Of a DNA stretch of 64,000 bases, positions 13,950 through 26,923 are shown piece after piece. Made by a program: the position numbers and the translations under genes. Position 1 is the first letter of the stretch, and each line of letters starts with the position of its first letter. A model generated the notes under the pieces. That model saw only the letters and a list, made by a program, of their open reading frames with translations, made no database searches and was not told the origin of the DNA. Origin of the DNA: Octopus sinensis (taxonomy: Eukaryota); NCBI RefSeq assembly GCF_006345805.1, contig NC_043011.1, positions 19,418,464-19,482,463 on the forward strand, written 5' to 3'.

Positions 13950-15205
13950 TATTAAATTGTTCCGAAACTAATGGCCAATTTTAGAAACGTAATTTTATTC
14001 TGGAAAAATTAACGATAGAAATGTTTTGTTTAATTAGTCAAAGAGCCGTGAACATTTATGCATCTCTGCCATCCATCAACGAGAATATTATTGGGTTTGA
14101 TGCTAAGAAATCTTTGAAAGTTGATTCCACCTCTGGTTTGGACCTGAAAGTTTTATAACTTAAAACATGTTTAAATACTTTAAGAATGGTAGTCAGTGGG
14201 TGAAACTTCAGGAGAATAAGGAGGATGTAGTAGTCTCGTATCACAAATCTCTGAGTTTCTGCAGTGTCATTCTTGCAACGTGTGGCTTTGCATTATCGTA
14301 GAACAGAATTGGGCAACGCCGATTCACCAATGCAGGTCTCATTCTTTGCAAGTGAGCATGCATTTCAGCGATTTGATTGCAGAACCTCTGCTGTAATGCT
14401 CTGATTGGCGTCCAGAAAGCTGTAATGGATAACATCGATTGCAGACCACCAGACAGCCACCATAATCTTTTGCGCATGTAACTTTGGCTTTGAGAAATGT
14501 TTAGGGATCTTATCACGATCAGGCCATTGATCTGATCTTGTACGGTTATCATGAAAACGATCTACCTCTCGTCACAAGTGACTGTTCGGTCAAGAAAAGG
14601 ATCATTGTTGTTTCACAGAAAGAGCATCAAGTACACTTCAAAACACCGAACTTTGATTTTCTTTCAGCTCATGCGGTACCCATTTATCGAGGTTTTTCAC
14701 TTAACCAATATTCTGCAGATTGCGTGAGACCGTTGCAATACCGACACCAAATGCCTGAGACATTTCTCTGACATTTTGATGTGGGTTGTGTTCAACAATT
14801 GCCTTCATTTGTTCATTGTGAAAACTGCATGACCGTCCTCTGCCTTTCTCATCTTCAAGGTTCGCAATATCAATATGGAATATTTGAAACCACCTTCGTA
14901 CTGTGCGATCACTTGTGAACCCCCCTGCCCATGCTATGTTGATATTGACATCAGTTTAGGGAGTTCAAGCTTGTGCCCAAGCTTGAACTCATGCAAGAAA
15001 AGTAAGCGAAGGCCCATTATATTCATGATTGAGGGCACCTATGATTCAAGAATGATTTCTGTCTGAAATAAGTATAATATTATAAAAGAGCATACATCAA
15101 TTTTTAAGTATGTCGAAATTCACCTAAAATATCATTAAAATGTGATGATAAAATTGCGTTTGAAAGCACATTTAAAGCGGCTATTATTTTCGGATCAACC
15201 TAATA
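13950..15205 (-). mobile_element. Near full-length mariner transposon with a pseudogenised transposase
   Basis: Minus strand carries HEFKLGH, RRWF, EDEKGRGR, KWVPHELK, TCDER, FYDNAKPHVA and a YSPDL-like region. Imperfect TIRs with TA: TATTAAATTGTTCCGAAACTAATGGCC (13950) and the reverse complement of TATTAGGTTGATCCGAAAATAATAGCC (ends 15205); about 1.26 kb. Confidence 0.9.
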
Positions 15206-16528
15206 CTATGGTTCAGTAGTTTGGTTGGTCTTTTGGGGTTTATATGTAATATTCATAAGGATGGTGTGTATTTGCGTGTAAGTGTATGTATGTGTTTGTT
15301 CTTTTCTGGTCAGAGCGGTGTGTGCGTGAACGTCGGCATGTGTGTGTGTCTGTGTATGTATGTGTGTGCGTTATAATTACCCGGGCAGTGTGTGGATGTG
15401 CGTAAGTCTGTATGTGTGTGTGTATGATTTTCAACTGATGCCCAATTAAGACATAACGCAGTTGCTGCTCTAATAGGCAAAATATTTGAACTCGTAAAAA
15501 TCATCAAGCCCACTCGTAGATAATATGTCATCACAACCCACAGAGTCTGCTGTTTATTTTAATATAAATATGTTTGTTTTCCATATGTTACTTTTAATCC
15601 AACTGATCTATAACTAAAGAACTGTTATCCGTTATCTGTTATCTTTTGTTATCTTTTGTTTCGGAGAGAGCGTAACCAGAATAAAAAGTACCCAATGTGT
15701 GATTGTGACAGATGGCCTATCACCATTTTGAGGTAAATGGCCTAGCACTTCAAATCTCTCTCGTTAACAAGTAAATGAGGCTATTAAAAAAAAAACAAAT
15801 ATTGCATAAAACGTTTCCCACTGTATGAACCTCATGATTAATATCTGAATTAGGGCATTATTCACTCTAAAACCTACAATATACGCCTTCCGAAATTAAT
15901 GACACAATGTGAGGGAAACTTTCTGTACGAGTTTTAAAAAACTTGCAACATATACATCATCCTTTCAGTGAATTTTAATTTTGAATATTATCATCGACAA
16001 TTTACCAATGTATTTTGTGCATTCGTGTAAAATATTTCAAGGAATATTTATTTGAAATATACAAATATGTAGGAAGTATATGATGTAAACACACAACGCA
16101 TATAGACAGTTACTTTATAATTTATGCATTATTCCTTCATTCGTAGACACACACATATATATGCAGATAAATATAAAGTGAAAAGATGCAGTGAGGGAAA
16201 ACTACATGCATCTATACACTGAGAGTCACTTAGGGAGAATGATAAATCAGTTGATAGAGAGAGCTGCATTGAAAGATACAAATAATGACTAATAATTACG
16301 TACAAACATATATACATCGATTGGTACATAGATATATCGATTGATAAATAGATCGATAAATACATTAGGTAGATACATTCTTCTACGTTCATTAATTGAC
16401 TATATTATTTTATCGTTTAACGTTTATGTTTTAACCAATGTAATTATGCTATATAGTATATATAAATATTAATATCAATGATGACTGGAATAATATATAT
16501 ATATGTGTGTGTGTGTAAGTATGTATGT

Positions 16529-16575
<47 letters not shown>

Positions 16576-16577
16576 CA

Positions 16578-16611
<34 letters not shown>

Positions 16612-16692
16612 ATATATATATATATATGAATGAATGAATATATACTTACATATATAAGCTATATGAATATTAACATCAATGATGGTCGGAAT

Positions 16693-16724
<32 letters not shown>

Positions 16725-16725
<1 letters not shown>

Positions 16726-17061
16726 AACAAATTACCGCACGAGTAAAAATATATAGGAAAGAGGGTTTGAATATGCAGAGGTCTTTTAAAGTTGTTTATT
16801 GACTTGGTCGATTCACTTTAAAAAAAGGATTATCAGAAGTAAACTGTAAAAGTTTGTATAAGCTGATCATGTATGCATAAATGGAGACCCACACCCAGTG
16901 GCATGAAGTTAAAATAATAGACAGCGAACACCGGTGGAAAATACGAAAACTAAAAGAAGCAGCACATACGCTAGGCCTCAACAACCTCCTAAGCATACTG
17001 ACTGCAGATATGAACAGCAAATGGGAACCGGTATTATGGAAGGATTCAAGGCAGTTGCCTG

Positions 17062-17142
<81 letters not shown>

Positions 17143-17280
17143 TATAACATCGAACCTAGGTTCGAAATTTCCCCAAGACACCTGAAGACTGCTGGAGGGT
17201 ATATCAGCCGAAACTGGTGCTAACAGCAAACAAGATGAGGCCAAATATCCGTCAAATGTAAATAATGTAAACAATGTACT
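16725..17280 (+). mobile_element. PLE 3' end: GIY-YIG C-terminus, (TAA)n and a degenerate hammerhead-like motif
   Basis: ADHV..GD-H-QWHEVKIIDSEHRWKIRKLKEAAH..MNSKWEP; CTGAAGA..GCTG/CAGC..GAAAC at 17182-17214. Confidence 0.7.
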
Positions 17281-17719
17281 AAATTAAGTTTTAGGAATTT
17301 TTGCTCCTAACAAAGAAAGCTGAGACGCAGAAGGCAGACATTCTCCAAATACAAGAATAAAAGACGAGAATTTGCAAATTGGGTCGTAAATCGTTTTAAT
17401 TTTCATACTGCATGCTAATTATAGTAATTTTATAGAGAGAAATAAAGGCAGTTTCTAAGCGTTCGTATTCATATATATGAAAGATGGTTATGTTTCACCG
17501 TTACATCACTTGGAATCGCACTAGGAAGAAAATACGTCTAATTGCTTTCGTTGCGCCGTCCAAAAAACTATAGATTTAATTCTCCCATAATGCAATACAA
17601 TGACGTGCGCCATCCAGCGTCCAATGGATGAGAGAACTAGTTTCAAGGGAGGTAATTGTCTACATGCCCCCTTGCAAGTCGCGAAGCCGGAAATAATGAA
17701 CGGTGGACGGAAAGTTAAG

Positions 17720-18055
17720 GGTGTACAAATGCACAGAGATTGCAAAGAGGCAACAGTAGGAGAAATGTGTATAATGTGAAAAAGAAAGAAAAACTTGAGA
17801 AAAAATCTGCATGCACAAAGAACAAAAGTAAATGCGACAGGCATGCAAAAGCAAAACAACACCAGGTGTTGTGCATTTGGACATATATACAACTCAATGG
17901 ATGTATGGGATGCAAGGCATACAATGTCCGCGTGTGTAGTGTGGACATATATATAACTGCCTGTGTTATTATTTTCTCTTTTTTGTTTTCATAACAATGT
18001 GAAATTAGAAAAAACATGAGTGCCACCGTAACAGTTCGCATGAGGAAAGGACTTA
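17720..18055 (+). mobile_element. Possible piggyBac-like transposase C-terminal Cys-rich remnant and 3' end
   Basis: Frameshifted RGNSRRN-CV.CEK.RKT and GCKAYNVRVC. Ends GCATGAGGAAAGGACTTA, resembling a ..GAAAGGGTTAA terminus. Weak. Confidence 0.3.
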
Positions 18056-18229
18056 CATAAAAAAAATTATATACACCGTTAGATTAGCTTTCTGTAACAG
18101 CAAAAATCTAGCACAAATTATAGCTGCATGCAACGATAATTTATCAGTATCCATACGAACAATAACAATAATTGTAACGAGAATTATAACAATAGATTAA
18201 TAAATATTAACAATGTCAAAATGAGCAGA

Positions 18230-18840
18230 CAAGCCATAAGTAACACAACCAGGTATCAAGATAGGAACTATGGTTTGACACCCAATAAAATTGAAGAGAC
18301 TTGAGGGATGTCCTCAATTAACTTGGAATTAGTAGATGTGAATTCTAAAATGTAAAATACTCTGAATATTGCCTATGTGGAAAGGAATTAATAGCTTAGA
18401 AGTTAAGCAGGAAAAAATAGAAATCACATCTAGTGTAGGTGAAGTGGATAATAGTAATAGAATTAGTAGAAGTATTAGATGCGACTATGGAAGGAACAGG
18501 CTTTGTCCTCTTAACTCTAACTGCTCGCCTAAACATATCGTATACAGATGTAAGATTACCTTAGAGAGTAGAGAATATTGCCAATCATTTAAGGTCGTTC
18601 AGAATTAGGGATACAAGGGAAATTACCAGAATTAGCAAGATAATTTGGACACTAAAAGATAGTAACAAAGTATTTCCGATTGCTTGGGAAAAATATTAAA
18701 GCAAAGCGTTATAGAATAGTCCATAATAAATGTGACCTATGTGTAGTAGAAATGTACCAAATTTTCACTTCTGAAATTCACTCTTATAAACAATAGACAG
18801 GAACAGGCAACGAGATGCCCACACTGAATATACATTTAAA
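18230..18840 (+). mobile_element. Degenerate PLE GIY-YIG endonuclease remnant
   Basis: RLCPLNSNCSPKHIVYRCKI..TRISKIIWTLKD..FPIAW..CDLC..E, the typical PLE endonuclease pattern. Confidence 0.65.
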
Positions 18841-18964
18841 CGGTTTAAAGAAACATAACTTACCCTCTATAGTAATTATACTACTTAAAATAATGATTGT
18901 GATAAATTAATGACATTAACGAAAATAATTCTAATAAATGTAATAATAATAATGATAATGATGG

Positions 18965-18995
<31 letters not shown>

Positions 18996-19667
18996 GATGA
19001 TGATGATGTTGATGCTGGTGATTGAGGATATAAACCCAAAATAAGCGAAATACCTCTGAATAGATAATGTACTCCATACAGTAAAAAAGTGAAATGTAAA
19101 GAAAACTGCTACAATTATTTGTAATATAAACATTTTAAAAACTATGATTCAACTGCAACACCGGTAGTGGTGATTATATAAACAGAATTCAATTCGATTT
19201 TGAAAGTAACGCTACCAACTTTAACTGAATACCAACGTGGGAAGCTGCTTTGAATTAGTTCACTTTGAAAACGTCAAACGTTCTTGGATCCTTAAATTGC
19301 AGCGACTAGTATGCATAATTGCATAATACAGAACAATGTGCAGCTGCTGCAGCTCAGCCCAAACATATATCGGTCGTTGTTATATATATGGTGTAGAAAA
19401 CTTTTTAATATAAATGCCTTCGATATGAATATATCTTCGTTTGAATATATATATATATATATTATATGCATGTATGTGTGGGTATGTGTATGTGTGTGTA
19501 CGTGTATGTGTGTGGGGGGGAGGCGGCTGCTGACTGGACCAGTGGACATTCAATAACAGTCATATATATTATATTTCAAAAATATTTTTTCCTGCTAAGA
19601 AACGCATCACACTGAAAACAATATTTCTAGGCAGGACAGTACTTGAAAGTACAACAATGCTTTGTAG

Positions 19668-19783
19668 TGTGAACATGACTGTACGATAAATTATTTTTGT
19701 GAAAATTTATTCACTGTCGCTGCATCAATTTCTGGATCAATTTCTGTTGCAACATCATTCCTCTCAACGGCTGTATTTGATCG
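19668..19783 (+). CDS. Candidate coding exon with a hydrophobic, TM-like segment
   Basis: tttgtAG|CEHDCTINYFCENLFTVAASISGSISVATSFLSTAVFD(R)|GTATGT. Phase-2 exit is compatible with the next candidate exon. Confidence 0.4.
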
Positions 19784-20195
19784 GTATGTGTCAAATGAAA
19801 ACAACAAAAGACATGGGTCATTAAATTTGAATGCTATGATTTTGTATCAATATTTGTATATATGTGTGTGCGTGTTTTTGTGTGGGTGTGTGTTTGATTT
19901 TCTTATATAAACAAATATATAGATTCACTTAAACTTTCAATATAATTGTTAAGTGAATCTGAATATATGGTACAGACACGCTAAAATTAGTATGTGGTAT
20001 AGCAAGACTAATTCCAGAAATTGTGGTACAACATAATAATCTGTTATCGTCATCGAAGTGAAAATACCAATATAAAAGTTAACTGGGAAAACAAGGGCAA
20101 ATAATGTACAAAATAAATTTTACTAAAGTTCTTGCTCATTACAGAGCTATTTTTATTCGTTTGGGACTGATAGATCTTTAACGTTAACTCTTTAG

Positions 20196-20270
20196 TAATT
20201 TGACCGACGCAAGTGCAGTGGCAAACGCTCGTGAAACTTATAGAATTTACAAGAAGACTAATAATGTCAG
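20196..20270 (+). CDS. Candidate 75-nt coding exon (phase 2-2)
   Basis: ctctttAG|(R)NLTDASAVANARETYRIYKKTNNV(R/S)|GTATGT. Stays in frame with 19668-19783 across a 412-nt intron. Confidence 0.45.
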
Positions 20271-20347
20271 GTATGTTTATATAGAGAATGTTATATAGAT
20301 ATTTACGTTCGTACGTATACAAACACGCCCCACTATACATATATATA

Positions 20348-20386
<39 letters not shown>

Positions 20387-20391
<5 letters not shown>

Positions 20392-20531
20392 CTGAATCTC
20401 CCTGAGAACTACGCTAAGGGTACACGTGTCTGTGGAGTGCTCGGCCACTTACACGTTAATTTCTCGAGCAAGCTGTTCCGTTGTTCGTATCAGGTGTGAC
20501 CCACGTCCTCGCAACCGACGGAATGCTCCTA
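20387..20531 (+). mobile_element. 5'-truncated SINE, 3' half of the 8353/38359 family, inside (TA)n
   Basis: Reverse complement of the 3' halves of the 8353 and 38359 copies. Confidence 0.8.
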
Positions 20532-20564
20532 CATATACATATATATATATATAATATATATATA

Positions 20565-20604
<40 letters not shown>

Positions 20605-22677
20605 GGGGGTTGTGTGTGTGTGTGTGTGTAGGTATAGGTTTAGGTTTGGTTGGTGATGCAAACAGAGAAACAGGACTTGAGCTTATATACGTTTCCTATA
20701 GGCACATATATATGTCTCTGTGTGTGTATGTATATATGTGTGTGTAAACACACATTTGTACGAGTGTTTCTGTATATTAGTGCATTCATAAACATATATA
20801 ATCGTTTACTATACTCTCCTATACATGCATTTTCCAATCTCGATTTGCATTCGTTATTGATGCGCACGTTGCTGTAGTTGTTGTTTCTAACATCATTACT
20901 ACTTTCGATGCTCTTCTTGTCAATAGTGCTATTAGTTTAGTTGTTGTTGCTCTACATATTCTTCTCTAATGCTGAGAAGCCATTAGTAAAATGTTTCTGA
21001 CAAATTTCCGTGCACATTGATAAAGTAGGGGATTTTACTTTTAAAAAAGCGAAAGCCACAAAAAGAAGCAAAGATGTAAAATCTATTTTATTCAAGTATC
21101 CCTTTCTGCCAATCATCTTCATCACAGTCGCCATCACTATTTCTGTAATTACTTCAGTTCCTCAACTTCGTTCTTGTATTTTTCCTTCTTAGGAAGCCAT
21201 GATATCATTGCGAAAGCCATGTTGACATATCGATTATAGAAATACTGTAGTGTCACTTGGTACCTCTTGAAAGCTATTTCTGCATTATAAAAAAAACATG
21301 GTATGCATCAGACTATATCGTATTTTGGGTTGCTCATGTTAAGAAAATGGAATATATTGACTTAAATAAGCAAAGGAAAATAAATGAGTTGAGATCTTTC
21401 AATGCACAACACTTATGAAGAGAAATTTTGGTTTTTCCAGTGAATACACATAACCTGAGTTGGTCTTTTTCGAAATAAGTAACGTGTTTTGAGTCAGCAA
21501 ACATAAATGTACAGGTTCTTGTATTTTACGTTTGTTTTCTAAGGAGGTCGACGGAGCGAAATTATATTCTAAGCATGAGGAGGGTGATATGTTTTCATTA
21601 TTGATTACATGGTGGCATACGTCTTTGAAACCTCGTTTTTATAAGGCTTCACTTATGTTACTTGGTTGAGAAAATTTGAGCTTCTTTCAAGTTATATTTC
21701 TTGAAGAAAACTTTGAACATACTTTTATACTTACCAAGCTTTAATATTATCAGATATAGTCATATTCATCTATTTAAGGCAGACAATCAGCTACATACGC
21801 AATATTGTGCTTGTTTCCAGTTGGGTGTACTAAGCTAGTATTTGTTTTAGCATTTCTTCGTATTTGCTTTGTGATCTGAGATGTGCCTTTCACTGGATAA
21901 AAACTATGGCTTCTTATTTAATAATATATCAATTGAGCCATCTAGTCCCTCACAGACGTGCAGTTCAATGGTTAAATCTAAGAGAAAAAGCATTGAATCG
22001 CTTATTTGATGCGGAAAATTGCACTTAATAGTTTTACCGAATCGTCGACTATAGTAGTATTCTTTAGATTAAGCCAGCTGGAAATTGGAAAAATAGGTTT
22101 GTAAGAGCATTAATGTATGTAAATATTAACTGTTATCTTCCTGCGTATTACAAAAACGAAAAATATATTACACTCTACTGCGTTTCAATAATCTTGTAGA
22201 TTCTAATCTCTAAATAAATAACAAATAATTACTTCAGATTGACCGGATAACATACATTCCTGTATCTTTTTCTGCATGGTTCATTCAATTATAAATGTAT
22301 TATGATTACGAAGTGTAAATGATCACAAACGCAATGCGGGATTGGTAGCCAAGGATTTGCGGTGGCTATGCACGTGGATTAAAATGTTCCCTGAGAATAG
22401 TTTTAAATACATGTAAACACATTTCAATGCCTACTGTGCGAAATCATTGCCTTTAGATTTTCACTAAGTTTAAATTTAGCCATGTTATAACCCAAATGTC
22501 AGATTTGAACATTTACCATATCATTTTCATAGTAATTGACATGTTAAAATTATATTCAAATGTGTGCGGAGTGCCGCCTTTTAAAAGTGGTGGCGGGAAG
22601 AGTATTACCTGACAATAAATTATAAATTTTGATAGGTGAAATTTAGATCAAAGAAATTGTATTGTTCGTAAAGTATA

Positions 22678-23110
22678 GGTGCATGCGTGGTTATGCGGCA
22701 AGAATTTTGCTTTCGAATCATATGGTTTCGGATTCAGAGACACTGCATGGTACGTGGCAAATGTATTGTATAATAGCTTCGGGCCAACTGGAGCTTTTTG
22801 TGTGTATTTCGCTCACGGAAACTGAAAGAATCTTGATGTGTATGTAAATGTATGTTTGCGTGTGCCTCTGTGTGTGTGCCTTTGTGTGTGGTTCTCTGTG
22901 TCTGTGAGTGGTGCCTTTATATTTCTGCCCACTACCCACCGCCGTTTGACAGCCGGTGTTGTTATGTTCACGTCTCCGTAACTTATCGTTTCGGTAAAAG
23001 AAACGGCAGAATAAGTACTAGGCTTAAAAGAAATAGTACTGGGACTCCTTCGTTCGGCCCCAGCATGGCAACAAAATCGTGGCTGAAACAGATAAAAGCT
23101 AATAGATAAA
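22678..23110 (+). mobile_element. Diverged SINE of the 6077/60785 family
   Basis: Degenerate tRNA head, GGAAACTGAAAGAA, internal (TG)n, GAATAAGTACTAGGCTT and GCTGAAACAGATAAAAG tail. Confidence 0.75.
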
Positions 23111-23344
23111 ACATAACAGATTTTATATACAATGCGATTAGCAAAATGTGTAACACACAATCTGAACTTCAAAACAATCCAGATAAATAAGACAGAAAAT
23201 TATACCATAAATGTTATGACATTTGTGTATATATCCAATAATATTGTAGAGAAGAAATATTATACTGGAAAACAAGACTTTCTCTCTTAAGAAAAATTAA
23301 CTAACTAAATCATATGCTAAATGTGTAAGAAACGGAATAAAACC

Positions 23345-23897
23345 GAGTTAGATCGACACCAGTACGCAACTAGTGCTTAATTTATTGACTCCGAAAGGAT
23401 AGAAGGCAAAGTCGACCTCGATGAAATTTGAACTAGAACGTAAAGACAGATGAAATACCTATTTCTTTACTACTCACAAGGGGCCAAACACAGAGAGGAG
23501 AAACAAGGAGAAACAGAGAGGAGAAACAAGGACAAACAGAGAGATTAAGTCGATTATAACGACCCCAGTGCGTAACTGGTACTTATTTAATCAACCCCGA
23601 AAGGATGAAAGGCAAAGTCGACCTCTGCGGAATTTGATCTCAGAACGTAGCGGCAGACGAAATACCTATTTCTTTATTACCCACAAAGGGCTAAACACAG
23701 AGGGGACAAACAAGGACAGACATAGGTATTAACTCGATTACATCGACGCCAGTGCGTAACTGGTACTTAATTTATCGACCCCGAAAGGATGAAAGGCAAA
23801 GTCGACCTCGGCGGAATTTGAACTCAGAACATAACGCAGACGAAATACGGCTACGCATTTCGCCCGACGTGCTAACGTTTCTGCCAGCTCGCCGCCT
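23345..23897 (-). mobile_element. Head-to-tail trimeric SINE: one complete head plus three bodies
   Basis: Head AGGCGGCGAGCTGGCAGAAACGTTAGC at 23897. The body GAGTTCAAATTCCGCCGAGGTCGACTTTGCCTTTCATCC is repeated three times. Junctions GAAATACC|TATTTCTTT lie at 23459/23460 and 23666/23667. Confidence 0.85.
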
Positions 23898-24077
23898 TAT
23901 ATTTTACCAATATTAACATAAAGATTGTTTTCTATTCGAGTGAAAATTTAAGTTGCCTTTCAAGTAGATGTACTATTATTTTGCATAGAAGTTTGAAAAC
24001 AAATATAACATTGATGAAATATAACACACACACACCTCAAAATATATTGACATGTTTTAATGCTGTATGACTTTTAT

Positions 24078-24252
24078 GTGAGCTGCTAGAGTTGGTAGGA
24101 CGCCGGGTGGAATGCTTGGCTGGATCTCATCCGTTTTTCACGTTCTGAGTTCAAATTCCTCCGAAGTAAACTTTGCCTTTGATCATTACGGGCACCGATA
24201 AAATAAGTACCAGTTGAGAACAAGGATTGATGGTCTAGTGCCAAAATTTGAA
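24078..24252 (+). mobile_element. Diverged SINE of the GTCGACTTTGCCTTTCATCC family
   Basis: ACGTTCTGAGTTCAAATTCC..CTTTGCCTTT..ATAAATAAGTACCAG. Further copies at about 33020-33415 (-, two), 46647-46787 (+), 47545-47665 (+), 48218-48420 (+), 55975-56165 (+), 56585-56685 (+), 58588-58805 (-), 59425-59655 (-), 60088-60295 (+) and 60310-60500 (+). Confidence 0.75.
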
Positions 24253-24901
24253 TTCTGTATTCTTTAATATATAACATTGGTACTCTTAGTGTTGAAAATA
24301 ATTTTACTGTCCCATGTCCTTCGATGCTACTTTGAGTTTCTTAACATAAATACACATGCGTGATAGAGAGTGCAATAGGTTAACGCTTATGAGTACTAGC
24401 AATGGATATTTTTCTAGTGAGGTAAGTGATAGAGATATATCTGATGACACTCAAGTGTTACAGAAAGATGTAATTCATGTCAAAAATGTCGATGTAGGGC
24501 CTTTACTACTTTCGAGATCAGATAAGCAGGTATAATTATAGTAATTATATGATTAGAACAGGCAAGCTGTATATCTAATGGCAAGAGACTGAATTCGTTG
24601 AGTGTAAAGCTGCCGGTAACATGGTTTCAGTTTAGATGATGTCTAAGATGTTTGTGTTTCGCAGACGGACTGACTTAGATATTGCAGTAGAACTGCTTTC
24701 TGTGTCAGACGTGAAGATTATAAAAAAATTACCAATTAATCAAAACTTGAATTTAATACAGCGGAATCAATTACATCGATTATGTCATTACCCTCATTAT
24801 TAAAAAAATTATAATTTCATCCTTAAAACAATTAGAATACTCTTCTGTTTCACAAATACGATCAGCAATTCTAATTTGCACAAAATATTTATCTAAATAT
24901 T

Positions 24902-24953
<52 letters not shown>

Positions 24954-25111
24954 ATACATACATACACATATATATATATTTATATGTATATATATATATA
25001 TGTGTGTATGTATATATATATGTGAATATATATATATATATACACACATACATACACACACATACACACACACATACATACACACACACACGCACACACA
25101 CACACACACAC

Positions 25112-25160
<49 letters not shown>

Positions 25161-25853
25161 ATATATATATATGTATATATATATTCCACACAGACATAAA
25201 GTAATTTTGTGGGGGAGGTGCTCTTTATCTAACATATTCCAGGGTCAGCAATCCTGATTCGGTCGTGGTTTCTGGGTGGTTTTCTTTTTGCTCTACCTAC
25301 GCATTTTACCCGCTTTCAAATGACACATTATAATCATAGGCATATACCACCGACGCCGACTTCAATTTCGCTTCAGTTGTTAATTGAAATATCTGCTGCC
25401 GATATATCCGATCCTACACCTCCATATAGGGCGATGGGCTCCGATTGACACATTTCCACTTTTCACATTACATAAAAACACTGTCGCTACCCAACGAACC
25501 ATTAAATGTTTTGAATTTTACAATTTGTACATAATATCTGTGAAAGAGAAATTAAGCCAAAAGAAAGCTATAAAATCTGAGAAGTACACGCATAAAAATA
25601 AAATATTCCACTGAAATTTTGTTTTATTTTTGAAACCAGCATCACTTTAATTGCAATTTGATTTTTTCGTTCAAATTAAATGAAGCTTATGAAATGTTCA
25701 TTCATTAATTTTAACTTTTAATATCTTACGTTTGAGACAGGAACACATCTCTTAAAAATCCGAATCTATGTTCTTTGATAATGACATTTACATAAACAAG
25801 ATGCATATAAATAAAATTAAAAAGTTCCATAAAGCATTTGTAATCTCAACTAA

Positions 25854-25919
<66 letters not shown>

Positions 25920-25937
25920 TGTGTATATATATATATG

Positions 25938-25988
<51 letters not shown>

Positions 25989-26793
25989 GCATATACATAC
26001 ATACATGCATTCATATATATATACATGTTTGTGTATGTGTGTCTGTGTCTGTCTCTGTTTGATTGTATATATATTGCCTTAGAAATTTATTTCCTCTTCT
26101 TATTCTTGTGAATTAAAAATTTGGCAATTAATTCCTAGATTTTTATGTCCCAGAGTATGCAAGAAAATCCCAAAAATAAAAAAAGGCGAAAATTCATTTT
26201 TCATTCATGTGTTTAATAATTCACATTGCATTAACTTCAGATGTTTTACACGAAGTTAATTAATTTATTTGCATATCAAAAGAAAAAAAATATTCGATTC
26301 CAAAAGGATAGGTGATTAATCATCCACTAACTATGGTATAGTAACATATCCACGCAGAATGTTTAAGAAATGGCATGTTCTAACAAAATGAAAATGGTTT
26401 TACGCCATGGAGTTGTCTGTTTTCTTGTGTTTTAACATGCGTGCGTTTTACTGTTTTTAACATTAAATTAAAATTTTGTTTCAAAGTGAAAAAATAATCT
26501 GATTATTCGGGCGTCTAGTATCTAGTCTGCCTTTTTTCTTAAATTCAAATTAATAGCAACTCTTATTATGTTTTATTGTTTCAGTTTCCCATTTATTATG
26601 AATAATATAAATTTCATTCGCCTTTTTGTCTTGAAAATGTAGCACGATCACAAAAGAAATAGTTCTTGTAATAATTGTGAACCAATATGAAATGCAGAAA
26701 CAGAAAAGTAATAATTGTAATCATGGCAATATTTTCTAACTGTCATTGGAACTCCAAGAAAGTTTCTCTGAACCAATATTTTTTTCTTATAGT

Positions 26794-26923
26794 TTATTCA
26801 TGAAGGCTATTCTTTCGCGTATGACAATTTTCATTTTCGGAGATTCCTGGTGTGTTTCGTGTAAAGGAAGCAAAGTTTGCTGAAACCAATGATCTCGGTC
26901 GTGTCCTTACTACTGACTCAACA
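26794..26923 (-). CDS. Candidate terminal coding exon on the minus strand (ambiguous)
   Basis: Strong pyrimidine tract ttttttatctgtccattctctgtctttaacAG, then (x)VESVVRTRPRSLVSANFASFTRNTPGISENENCHTRKNSLHE*. No partner exon identified. Confidence 0.25.

Noticed and set aside
21544-24720. Extra plus-strand exon candidates at ~21544, ~24367-24421 and ~24665 (also ~48510 and ~63164-63232)
   Set aside because: Each has only one good splice site or several open frames; indistinguishable from chance in 64 kb of AT-rich DNA.
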